This document shows positions 17,565 through 26,329 of a DNA stretch of 57,102 bases, in pieces. Under the pieces are notes generated by a model. It saw nothing but the letters and a program-made list of their open reading frames with translations, was not told the origin of the DNA and ran no database searches. The position numbers and the translations under genes were made by a program. The stretch spans positions 1 through 57,102 of the IMG/VR virus record IMGVR_UViG_3300014161_000001; one strand, written 5' to 3'. Position 1 is the first letter of the stretch. Each line of letters begins with the position of its first letter. The DNA comes from a virus. Taxonomy: Duplodnaviria; Caudoviricetes.

Positions 17565-18206
17565 GTGCAGCTCGTCGGCGCCGGCAGTCAGATCAAGTAT
17601 CACCCCCAGTTCACCGCGGACGGCTCGGTCGCCGCGGGCGGGACGCCGCAGCTCGTCCTGCCGCAGGTCCCGTCGCGCTCGTTCCTGATGCTCCAGAATA
17701 CGTCGGCGGGGTCGTTGTACTTCGAGTTCGGTTCGGCGCGCGCGACGGCGACGCTGAGCAGCGGCGGCGTCGGCTCGATCGCGGTGACGAACGCCGGCTT
17801 CAACTTCACTAAGACGCCGGTCGTACGCTTCTCCGGCGGCGGCTACGCCGGCAACACGGCGTACCTCGGGCTCAGCCAGCCAGGCGGCGAGGGGCCTAGC
17901 TCGTCGATCGTCGCCGGAAAAGTCGCCAGGGCGCATTGCGTGATGACCGGCTCGGCCGGCAACCTGTCCGTCTCGTCGATCGTCGTCGACGATCCCGGCG
18001 CCGGCTACGCGGTCGCTCCTTACGTCTTCATCGTGAACAGCGATCTTGATCCTTACGGCTGCGCCGCGCCGTCGCTGACGTCGGGGATGCTGCTGACCGC
18101 GCAGTCGCCGCCGTTCGTGCTTAACGGTACGTCGTGTTTCACCGACTCCGTCGCCGTCTTCGGCGCGACGACGGGTCAGACTTTCCTCTGCCGATGGATG
18201 ACTTGA
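17565..18206 (+). CDS. Tail-associated protein with GxGY repeats
   Basis: GAGG RBS; RSFLMLQNTS..LYFEFG beta-sandwich motif plus VTNAGFNF/DPGAGY repeats. Confidence 0.7.
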   Translation: MQLVGAGSQIKYHPQFTADGSVAAGGTPQLVLPQVPSRSFLMLQNTSAGSLYFEFGSARATATLSSGGVGSIAVTNAGFNFTKTPVVRFSGGGYAGNTAYLGLSQPGGEGPSSSIVAGKVARAHCVMTGSAGNLSVSSIVVDDPGAGYAVAPYVFIVNSDLDPYGCAAPSLTSGMLLTAQSPPFVLNGTSCFTDSVAVFGATTGQTFLCRWMT

Positions 18207-18217
18207 AAGGACGACCC

Positions 18218-18733
18218 ATGAAGAAGGTTCTCGGTCTTCTCGCGGGCGCCGCGCTCCTCCTGGGGGCGTCGCTCGCTCTTGCGCAGCAGATCGGCGGCGC
18301 CCAGGTCGGGCAACAGGCGCAGCACTACGACGCCGGCGTGAACGTTCAGTCGACCGCTCCGGCGGTCAACGCCACGCAGGCGGCGGGCACCGTCACGATC
18401 ACGCCGCCGTCGGGGTCGTACGTCTACTTCACGTCGCTGCTCTTCGGCGCGTGCGGCGATGGCACGGCGTCGCAATCGCCGATCCAACTCGCGTTCACTT
18501 CCACCAATATTGGCGGCGCGTCGACCACGTCGCTGCAGGTCGAGAATTCGGCGATCTCCGGCTCGACGATCACCACTAACGCGTGGACCAACCTGTGCGC
18601 GTGGAGCCCGAACATCGTGTCGTTCGCGCCGCTACGCTCGCTGGTCGCCGGCACTCCGGTGACGCTCATCCCGCCGGCGCAGAACGCCCACGTCTCGTTC
18701 CCGATCATCGCAGCCTACTACTTCTCGCCCTAA
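18218..18733 (+). CDS. Signal-peptide-bearing beta-rich protein
   Basis: AAAGGA RBS; MKKVLGLLAGAALLLGASLALA-QQ. Confidence 0.75.
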   Translation: MKKVLGLLAGAALLLGASLALAQQIGGAQVGQQAQHYDAGVNVQSTAPAVNATQAAGTVTITPPSGSYVYFTSLLFGACGDGTASQSPIQLAFTSTNIGGASTTSLQVENSAISGSTITTNAWTNLCAWSPNIVSFAPLRSLVAGTPVTLIPPAQNAHVSFPIIAAYYFSP

Positions 18734-18757
18734 CCCTCGTGACGGCGGAGGCTCGTC

Positions 18758-19084
18758 ATGAGCTCGTACTCCGGTGTGTCTCTCAGCGCGGTCGGCGCCT
18801 CCTCGCCGATCCTCATCCTGCCGAACTCGGCGCAGCGCTACCTGCCGATCTTGGCGCTCGGCCTGGTCTGCACCGTGTCGTCCGGCGCCTCGCTCGTCTA
18901 CTCGGTGCAGGTCACGGCCGACTCGCAAGGCGGTTCGATCCTCAACTGGAACAATCACGACGTCTTGGTCAACCAGTCGGGGAGCGCCAACGGCAACATC
19001 CTCTACCCGGTGTCGGCGGTCCGCCTCGTCGTGACGAGCTGGACCAGCGGCTCGGTCAACCTGGGGGTCGCACAGTGGCCGTGA
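18758..19084 (+). CDS. Small beta-rich virion protein
   Basis: GGAGG RBS; YSVQVT..PVSAVRLVVTS pattern. Confidence 0.7.
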   Translation: MSSYSGVSLSAVGASSPILILPNSAQRYLPILALGLVCTVSSGASLVYSVQVTADSQGGSILNWNNHDVLVNQSGSANGNILYPVSAVRLVVTSWTSGSVNLGVAQWP

Positions 19085-19545
19085 CACGTCTCCTCCTCGC
19101 TCTCGCCCTCGTCGCCGGCGCGGCGCCGGCGCTGGCGCAGAGCGGCCCCGGCGCCAGCGGGCGCGATCCCTGCACCTATGCCGCCAAGTCGAGCGTGCCG
19201 ATCGACATCGCGGGACCAGGGACGATCGGTCTCGTCCCGCCGCTCGGGTCGGCGTCGATCTACGTCTGCGGGGTCAACGTCACGCTCAGCGCGGCGCCCT
19301 TCAACTCCGCGACTTTCGAATATGGAACCGGAGCGGCGTGCGCCAATCCGACCGCGCTGAGCGGCGATATCGGCTTTAGCAATCCGATCAGTTGGAGCAG
19401 CAACCCGCCGCAGTCCGCCACCTCGTTCTCCAGCGGCGCCGACTTCACGCTCTTCACGGCGCCGTCGGGAACCGGTCTGTGCGTGGTCACGACCGGCGGC
19501 GCGGCGGCGTTCGTCAGCGGGTTTCTGACCTATGTCCAGCAGTGA
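19081..19545 (+). CDS. Signal-peptide-bearing Cys-containing protein
   Basis: GTGA overlap; MTRLLLALALVAGAAPALA-Q. Confidence 0.7.
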   Translation: MTRLLLALALVAGAAPALAQSGPGASGRDPCTYAAKSSVPIDIAGPGTIGLVPPLGSASIYVCGVNVTLSAAPFNSATFEYGTGAACANPTALSGDIGFSNPISWSSNPPQSATSFSSGADFTLFTAPSGTGLCVVTTGGAAAFVSGFLTYVQQ

Positions 19546-19552
19546 GGCGGCC

Positions 19553-20164
19553 ATGAAGAGATTGTCGCTCGTCATCCTCGCGCTGGCGCTCTCCGCCGCG
19601 TCTCCGCGCGCGCAGACGGTGTCGCTCAGCTCGCCGGCGCAGATCCCCTACAACATCACGGCGTTCATGCGACCCTACGGCACGCTGCAGGTCTCGCCTG
19701 AGGTCATCGCGCAGCTCGCCGATCCGTTCCCCGGCTCGTCGTTCGACGCGAACAAGTGGACCGCCGGCGGCACGAACAGCCCGACGGCGTCCAACGGCCA
19801 GGCGATTCTCAGCCTTGACGCGACGAACAGCCTGACCTCGACGTTAGTCTCCGTCCCGACCGGCGCGGTGACCGGGACGCTCGCCGCCGCGGTGACCGGG
19901 ACGCTCGCCGCCGCGGCGGCCAAGACGACCTACGTCTGCGGCTTCGACGTCTCGGCGATCGGCGGCACGGCTGCGGTCGGGCCGGTGACGGTCGCCGGGC
20001 TCGTCGGCTCCTCGATGGTCTACCAGCTGTCGTCGTTGGCGGCGGGGAACACGCTCTCGCGCACGTTCACGCCCTGCGTCCCCGCCTCGGCGGTGAACAC
20101 GGCGATCACGGCCGACGGAACGGCGACCGCCGTCGACGTCGACTCGTGGGGGTTCCAGCAGTGA
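19553..20164 (+). CDS. Signal-peptide-bearing protein
   Basis: GAGG RBS; MKRLSLVILALALSAASPRA-Q; C-terminus (TYVCG..QQ) resembles 19081 gene. Confidence 0.7.
   Translation: MKRLSLVILALALSAASPRAQTVSLSSPAQIPYNITAFMRPYGTLQVSPEVIAQLADPFPGSSFDANKWTAGGTNSPTASNGQAILSLDATNSLTSTLVSVPTGAVTGTLAAAVTGTLAAAAAKTTYVCGFDVSAIGGTAAVGPVTVAGLVGSSMVYQLSSLAAGNTLSRTFTPCVPASAVNTAITADGTATAVDVDSWGFQQ
19865..19912 (+). repeat. 24-bp tandem duplication in frame
   Basis: GCGGTGACCGGGACGCTCGCCGCC x2 (AVTGTLAA twice). Confidence 0.9.
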
Positions 20165-20724
20165 GCGCGCCGTCCCCCGCCGTCTTCATCCAGGGCGCCG
20201 GCGTCGTCGGCGCCGACCAGCTCAACACGTTCGTCCAGACGACGACGAATTTCGCACAGCTGCGCACGTTCACCGGCCTATCGGGCATGTTTGTCGCCGT
20301 GCAGGGCGGGTCCTCGCCGGGCGACGGGCTCGGCGGCCTGTTCCGGTACAGCGCGTCGAGCACGGCGAGCGACAACGGCGCGACAGCGATCACGCCAACC
20401 GGCGCTACGCAAGGCGCATGGCTGAAGCTGATCTCGGCCTACTCCTACCAGGTCCCGGCGACCGGTTTCTCGATCCAGATCGCGAGCGGCGTGACGGCGC
20501 TGCTGCTCAACCCCGCCGGGACGCTCGCGGCGGGAACGGTCGTCTTCCCGACGACGCCGATCGACGGTCAGGACCTGGCGCTCTCGTCGACCCAGGCCGT
20601 CACGGCGCTGACGCTGTCGGTCCCGAGCGGCTTCACGCTCTTCGGCGCGGTCTCGACGCTCGCCGCCAACGCGCCGGTGAAGTGGAAGTACGTCGCCTCG
20701 GTCGCGACCTGGTTCAGGGTCTGA
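20161..20724 (+). CDS. Tail-associated protein with tailspike-type N-terminal domain
   Basis: FAQLR..GDGLGGLF..DNG..W motif; paralogous N-terminus with the next gene. Confidence 0.7.
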   Translation: MSAPSPAVFIQGAGVVGADQLNTFVQTTTNFAQLRTFTGLSGMFVAVQGGSSPGDGLGGLFRYSASSTASDNGATAITPTGATQGAWLKLISAYSYQVPATGFSIQIASGVTALLLNPAGTLAAGTVVFPTTPIDGQDLALSSTQAVTALTLSVPSGFTLFGAVSTLAANAPVKWKYVASVATWFRV

Positions 20725-20727
20725 GCC

Positions 20728-22194
20728 GTGGCGCCGCCGCTCCCCACCGTCTTCGTCCAGGGCCAGGGCGTCGCCTCCGCCGACCAGCTGAACACGCCCG
20801 TCCAGACGGTGGCGAGCTTCGCGCAGCTGCGGACCTTCACTGCGCTCGACGACATGTGCGTGATGGTCCTCGGCGGCGCCGCCGAGGGCGACGGCTACCA
20901 GGGCCTGTTCTGGTACGACTCGACCAGCACGGCCGTCGACAACAGCGCGACGGCGATCACGCCGACCGGCGCCGCGCAGGGCGCGTGGCTGCTGCTGCCG
21001 CCGGGTTCACAGTCGCCGGGCGCCTTCGCCACGCTGTCGGTCTCCGGCGCGGCGACGATTGGCGGCAACTTGTCGGTCGGCGGGACGCTGACGACGGCGG
21101 GCGTCGCGACGTTCCAGTCCAACGTGCTGATGACCGGGACCGGCGAGGCGCAGATCCCCGCCGGCACGACGGCGCAGCGGCCGAGCTCTCCGTCCGCCGG
21201 TATGATCCGCTACAACACGTCGCTGGCGATCTTCGAGGGCTACGGGTCGAGCTGGCTGTCGCTCGGCGCCAGCGTCGTGACGACGCCGCCGTGCGGTCGC
21301 CTGACGCTGGCAAGCGGCGTCCCGGTCCTGTCGAGCGCGATGCTCGCCGCTAGCGGCGTCATCTGGACGCCATATAACGGCGCTGTCACGCCACAGTGGA
21401 ACGGCTCCGCCTGGACCTCGACGACGTTCACCGAGATCAGCCAGGCGCTTAGCGACACGACGAACTCGCCCGCCGCCGCGGTCGCCGGCGGCCTCTACGA
21501 CATGTTCATCTGGTTCAAGTCCGGCGCGGCGACGCTGTCGCGCGGGCCGGCATGGACGAACAGCGCGACGCGCTCGCTGGCCATTACTCCTCGCGTCGGC
21601 GGGTTCCTGACCAACGCGGTAGCAGTTGCCAACGGCCCCGCCGCCGGCTACGGGCTCTACGTCGGCACGATCGCCTGCGACGCCGGTGGGGCGACAGTGA
21701 CGTTCAACCCGACGCCGGCGGCGGCGAGCGGCGGTCCGAGCGGCGGCGCTTGGGTCGGGCTGTGGAACGCGTTCAACCAAGTCGCTATCGACTTGGCAGC
21801 GTGCGACTCGAAGGCGTTGTGGTCGCCCACCACGACGGCGACGTGGGAGCGGTCGGACAACTCGGCCAACAATAGAGTCTCGTTCGTGATCGGCGTGGCG
21901 GGCGGTTCCGTCACGCCTTCCTTCCAGTGCTGGCTAAGCAATGTGCAGGCCAACACGAACGTAGCTGTCGGGTTGGGCGTGAACTCGACGAGCGCGCCGA
22001 GCGCCGCGTCGCAGGGATTCTATACGACTACTGTCGGCACGTACGGCGTCGCCAATGTCAGCTACGGCTTCGCCCCGCCAATCGGTTTGAACTACATTCA
22101 GGCGCTCCAGTATGCCTCGAATTCCAACGACGCGTACCAGGGCGTCACGCTGTCGGCGCAGATGCACCAGCTTCTGGTCCAGACGGTTTTTTGA
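20728..22194 (+). CDS. Tail fibre-like protein
   Basis: Same N-terminal domain as 20161; IPAGTTAQRP..GMIRYNT..FEGY fibre motif; GRLTLASGVPV domain. Confidence 0.75.
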   Translation: MAPPLPTVFVQGQGVASADQLNTPVQTVASFAQLRTFTALDDMCVMVLGGAAEGDGYQGLFWYDSTSTAVDNSATAITPTGAAQGAWLLLPPGSQSPGAFATLSVSGAATIGGNLSVGGTLTTAGVATFQSNVLMTGTGEAQIPAGTTAQRPSSPSAGMIRYNTSLAIFEGYGSSWLSLGASVVTTPPCGRLTLASGVPVLSSAMLAASGVIWTPYNGAVTPQWNGSAWTSTTFTEISQALSDTTNSPAAAVAGGLYDMFIWFKSGAATLSRGPAWTNSATRSLAITPRVGGFLTNAVAVANGPAAGYGLYVGTIACDAGGATVTFNPTPAAASGGPSGGAWVGLWNAFNQVAIDLAACDSKALWSPTTTATWERSDNSANNRVSFVIGVAGGSVTPSFQCWLSNVQANTNVAVGLGVNSTSAPSAASQGFYTTTVGTYGVANVSYGFAPPIGLNYIQALQYASNSNDAYQGVTLSAQMHQLLVQTVF

Positions 22195-22201
22195 GGGGCC
22201 C

Positions 22202-22570
22202 ATGCGATCAGATACGCGCTGCTCTGTTCTCCTTGCGCTCCTTCTCTTGGCGGCGCCCGCCGCGGCCGCGCCGCCGGCGACGCCGTGCCCGTCGATCGAC
22301 GCCGGCTGGGCGATTCCGTTCTCCGGTCCGATCACCTCGGTCGGCTACGATCAGGCGGCGCAAATGCTCTACGTCGCCTTCGGCCCGACGATGACGACCT
22401 TCGCCGGCGTGCCGCTCGGCGTCATGCAGGGATTTCAGAACACGCGCGACCCGCTGTCGCTCTACAACACAACGGTCGCGCCAATCTATCATGCGCTGTT
22501 CCTGCTACAGACGAACAATTGTCCGTTGATGCTTGAAGGTGGATCGGGAGGCTACCTGTGGACCGACTGA
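22202..22570 (+). CDS. Signal-peptide-bearing KTSC-like protein
   Basis: ITSVGYDQAAQMLYVAF..FAGVP resembles KTSC consensus; N-terminal VLLALLLLAAPAAA. Confidence 0.6.
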   Translation: MRSDTRCSVLLALLLLAAPAAAAPPATPCPSIDAGWAIPFSGPITSVGYDQAAQMLYVAFGPTMTTFAGVPLGVMQGFQNTRDPLSLYNTTVAPIYHALFLLQTNNCPLMLEGGSGGYLWTD

Positions 22571-24924
22571 AACTCGTTCTCGTCGCTGCTCTGTTGGCCT
22601 CGCCCGCCGCGGCGCAGCAGTGCGGCATGCTGACGACCTGCCCGCCGGTGTCGACGCCGCTCGCCGGAACCGAACTGCTCTATGTGGTGCAGGGCGGCGT
22701 GTCGAAGAAGATGACGACGGCGCAGCTCGGCGCCGCGATCTCGCCGCTCGTGCCGATCGCGCCGGGTCAGTTGCGGATCAATCCGTCGACCAATGGCGGC
22801 GTGCTGTGGGACAACAACGGCGTTCTCGGCGACTCGACGACGCTGCCGAGTGGGCTGAATCTCCAGACGCCTTCGGCGATCAATCTCGAGAACGCCACCA
22901 ATCTTCCCGCGCCGACGCTAACGACGCTCGGCGGCGTCGAGGCGATCAACGCGGTTTCGCATCAGTGGATCGCCTACATCGACACGTCGGGCGTCCCGCA
23001 TCTCGCGCAGCCGGCGCTCGGCGATATCTCGGGCCTCGGCACGAATGTCGCCACAGCGCTCGGCAATGCGGCTGGTGCAACAGGCGGCTTCGCGACGTAC
23101 AGTCAGCTCGGAAGTGCGGCCTTTGACGCTACCGGCACAACCGGCGGCACGGTTCCGCTCAACAACGGTGGCTTCACGCAGTCGGGCGCAGCGATATTCA
23201 GCAGCACCTTCGTTGAGAGCAACACGGCTCTCGCCTCCGTCGTCGCCGGACAACTCGGGCTTGCCGGCGGCAACACGTCGAACCCCAGTCTCGGAGCAAA
23301 CGACGAAGGCGACGTCTATCTCCAAACTGTCAACGGCCTTGTGCTTATCGGCAACGGTTCGACTTATGACGTAAGCCTGCTCGACAGAGCCGGCAACGTC
23401 GCGCTCGGCGTGGCGACGGGAACAGTCAATCTTGTCGCAGGCGGCACTATTAGTACTACAGGGGTCATAGCGAGTCCGCCTACTTCTGCATTTGCACAAG
23501 CGTGGAACAGCTCGCAGACCGTTAGCGCATCGTCTGCCAGCAGTGTTGTTCTAAATCAATTTACCAGCACCGATAGCGCCGCGGTCGGATCAAATTTTGT
23601 AAATGACATTCTCTTTAACACAAATTTTGGCGGCAGCACCGCCAGTGGTGGGCGACAAGTTGTCGAGGTTATCGGTGAACTTACAACCGCAACCTCAGCG
23701 AGCAACGCAAACCGCAACTATGTTGGCATATACTCTGCAATGGTGGCGGGGGCCAGTGATGGCGGCAGCACAGGAAATTACGAAGGGGCGTTTATAGGCG
23801 CAAATTTTGACGCCACAGCGCTTAATGGCGCCACATATCTGTTTACTGCTTACGGAGCGGAGTTTAACACAAACTTAGTATCTGGGTCGAGCGTGGCGTA
23901 TAAAGCATTGGCGGCGTTTAGTAGTACGACTGCGGACGTTGTTAATGGGTCGACTGTTAACGCTATGTTATATCTATATAATCAAAGCGGAGCGACCGCT
24001 GCGTGGTCGTATGGGGCGCTGTTTGATGGATCGAACAGACAATGGCCGTTTAGCAACACAGCAACAATAATTGCTACGCTTGGATCAGGCTCGGCAGCAA
24101 ATGGGATTGATTTTTCTCCGACGACATTCAGCGGCTGCGCGTTCAAAAGTGTGAATGTGTGCATTGACGGCAGCGGTAATATTGTCACCAGTGGTAAAAT
24201 TGAATCGACAGGCAACTACTTTCTGTTGACCTTTAATGCGGGGGCAACCTACCCGCCAGCTTTGGGGACAAGCTTCACGCTTGGAACGAATTTTACCAAC
24301 GCGTCAGCAGAAGTTGATTTTTGGAATGCTGACGCATCTGGGCCGGGCGTTGCATTTAATTTCTATCAATTGACAGGTGCGTCCTCGTCGAATTTGTTAG
24401 TATCAATTTCTCCATCAGGAAAGATATCCGCCGGGAACGCGTCTCTGTCCGGCGTTGGGTTGTCACTTCAAAACTCTGTCGGCACGTGTACGTTCACTGC
24501 CACCTCGTCGGGATCGTCGACCCAGTCTTGCTCGTCGGATCGCCGACTTAAGACTGACATTCGCGACGCAGGTGATGAACTCGCTTGGCTCAATAGCTTC
24601 GGCATCCGTGACTACGCAGTCATAGCCAACGGCGAGCCCGGCACAAGTCCGATCGCCCAGGAAGTCGCGCTCATCCATCCTGAGATGGTCTCCGAGGGCG
24701 TCAATGGCTTCCTGCAACTGCAAGCCCCATCGCCGTGGAAGATGATGCGGGTGATGCAAGAACTCGTCGCCAACGACAACGATCGCGATGCTCGGATCGT
24801 GGAGTTGCGGCGTGAGATTGATGCGCTTATAAGACAGGAACAAAATGATCGAACCCCCGCAGGAGGTGCGTCGCCGAGCCTGCGGGGCTCTTTCCACTCG
24901 GCGACAAACACCTTGGAAAGGTAA
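22558..24924 (+). CDS. Tail fibre/spike with C-terminal S74-type intramolecular chaperone
   Basis: SSDRRLKTDI autocleavage motif, IAQEV..HPEMV, terminal coiled coil; Gly/Ser/Thr/Asn-rich body. Confidence 0.85.
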   Translation: MDRLKLVLVAALLASPAAAQQCGMLTTCPPVSTPLAGTELLYVVQGGVSKKMTTAQLGAAISPLVPIAPGQLRINPSTNGGVLWDNNGVLGDSTTLPSGLNLQTPSAINLENATNLPAPTLTTLGGVEAINAVSHQWIAYIDTSGVPHLAQPALGDISGLGTNVATALGNAAGATGGFATYSQLGSAAFDATGTTGGTVPLNNGGFTQSGAAIFSSTFVESNTALASVVAGQLGLAGGNTSNPSLGANDEGDVYLQTVNGLVLIGNGSTYDVSLLDRAGNVALGVATGTVNLVAGGTISTTGVIASPPTSAFAQAWNSSQTVSASSASSVVLNQFTSTDSAAVGSNFVNDILFNTNFGGSTASGGRQVVEVIGELTTATSASNANRNYVGIYSAMVAGASDGGSTGNYEGAFIGANFDATALNGATYLFTAYGAEFNTNLVSGSSVAYKALAAFSSTTADVVNGSTVNAMLYLYNQSGATAAWSYGALFDGSNRQWPFSNTATIIATLGSGSAANGIDFSPTTFSGCAFKSVNVCIDGSGNIVTSGKIESTGNYFLLTFNAGATYPPALGTSFTLGTNFTNASAEVDFWNADASGPGVAFNFYQLTGASSSNLLVSISPSGKISAGNASLSGVGLSLQNSVGTCTFTATSSGSSTQSCSSDRRLKTDIRDAGDELAWLNSFGIRDYAVIANGEPGTSPIAQEVALIHPEMVSEGVNGFLQLQAPSPWKMMRVMQELVANDNDRDARIVELRREIDALIRQEQNDRTPAGGASPSLRGSFHSATNTLER

Positions 24925-24987
24925 GACAATGTTGGCAAAAACACAATCGCTAAGATAATCATCGGTACCGCCGCGTTATTTCCATTA

Positions 24988-25245
24988 GTGGCCGGGTTGC
25001 TGCTCCTTGCTGATTACGAGTATAACAAGCGTCAAGCGTTGTCGCAGTCGCTTGTAAACATCGCGCCTCCGACAGAGCCGGCAGACTTTACCTTCATAGA
25101 GGTTCATGTCGTCGATCACGGCGTAACGGCTAACGAAAGGTACTTCGTTGGAGACCTTCCGCAGGTCGGCGATGCAGTGGAGATGGTCTATGTCGGCAGT
25201 CGCGACGATGGGACGATGCGATTTCAGTTGAGGACCAAGAAATGA
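24988..25245 (+). CDS. Low-GC hypothetical membrane-anchored protein (true start uncertain, possibly frameshifted)
   Basis: Open frame from 24925; hydrophobic N-terminus; ATGA overlap with next gene. Confidence 0.5.
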   Translation: MAGLLLLADYEYNKRQALSQSLVNIAPPTEPADFTFIEVHVVDHGVTANERYFVGDLPQVGDAVEMVYVGSRDDGTMRFQLRTKK

Positions 25246-25859
25246 TCAGAACCGTCTCCCTTACAGGGCGCACTCTCATCCTCGCCGCCCTGATCGCCAC
25301 CCCGGCGCTCGGAGCCGAAGGTCCGAAGCCCGGCGCGCCCGTCGTGAAAGAAGTCACGATGAGCTACAACGACGCGTACCAGCTTTCTCAGGCCATCGGC
25401 AATTTGTCGTGCGCGAAGTTCGCAGCGGGGCCGCAGGGCGCGATGCAGTGCATGGAACCGACGACATGGCCGATCGCCGCCGAGGCTCGCTTGGCGTTGG
25501 CGCGTGACCTCCGCGAGCTGGGGCTGGCCGTGGCGGATGCACAGAAGGTCGACGGCGAGATTATCCAGAAATACCTCGACCCGAAAACCAAGGCGGTCGC
25601 GGATGACAAGCGGCCTCAGGCAATCGCGGAACAGGTGGCGGTCGGCAACCTACAGGTCGTTCTGTCGCTTCAGATGATCCAGTCGCACGCCATCGCGGGA
25701 GACGGCGTGACCGGGCCGTCTGTCGCCATCATCGCCGCTCTATCGCCGATCTTCTCCGATCTCGACGACTTGCCGGCGCCACGCCGCGCCGCCGAGAGCG
25801 TGCCGGCGCCCACGCTAGGTCCGGCCGCAATCCCGCCGACGTCGCCCGTGACAAAGTAG
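25242..25859 (+). CDS. Signal-peptide-bearing hypothetical protein
   Basis: GAGG RBS; TLILAALIATPALG-AE. Confidence 0.7.
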   Translation: MIRTVSLTGRTLILAALIATPALGAEGPKPGAPVVKEVTMSYNDAYQLSQAIGNLSCAKFAAGPQGAMQCMEPTTWPIAAEARLALARDLRELGLAVADAQKVDGEIIQKYLDPKTKAVADDKRPQAIAEQVAVGNLQVVLSLQMIQSHAIAGDGVTGPSVAIIAALSPIFSDLDDLPAPRRAAESVPAPTLGPAAIPPTSPVTK

Positions 25860-25869
25860 GAGACCCGCG

Positions 25870-26238
25870 ATGCGCAGCGTCATCGGACTGGCCTTCTTGG
25901 CGCTGCTCATTGTGGCTGGGCCGGCGCTCGCCGACCCTCCCGCGCGCTGCGCGTTGATCGACGGGCGCATCGTCTCGGCCGCCGAAGCGCGCGAGATCGC
26001 TGCCTCATGGGCCCCCGAGACCACCTCTATCGCGACAATCGACGCGCAGACAGTTGCCCGCGCGCTCCAGGCCGAACTGGTTCCGATCAGCGACGAGGGC
26101 GACGCACTGATCGCCTTCGCGGCGATGGGCCGCGTGCGGGTGTTCATGCTCTCCGGCGACTGCGTGAGCGACTGGACAATTGTCTCGCCGACGACATGGG
26201 CCACCGCCCTGCGCGCCGCGCTCGGCGACCCGGCGTGA
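25870..26238 (+). CDS. Signal-peptide-bearing hypothetical protein
   Basis: AGGAG RBS; MRSVIGLAFLALLIVAGPALA-D; two Cys. Confidence 0.7.
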   Translation: MRSVIGLAFLALLIVAGPALADPPARCALIDGRIVSAAEAREIAASWAPETTSIATIDAQTVARALQAELVPISDEGDALIAFAAMGRVRVFMLSGDCVSDWTIVSPTTWATALRAALGDPA

Positions 26239-26248
26239 GGAGGCGCGC

Positions 26249-26326
26249 ATGCTCGCCCATCTCCCCGACCTCTTGATAGCGATCCTGGTCGCATGGCTCG
26301 CTGTGCAACTGATGATGAGGATGTGA
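26249..26326 (+). CDS. 25-aa single-TM peptide
   Basis: GAGGAGG RBS; MLAHLPDLLIAILVAWLAVQLMMRM; fills gap before endolysin. Confidence 0.55.
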   Translation: MLAHLPDLLIAILVAWLAVQLMMRM

Positions 26327-26329
26327 ACC

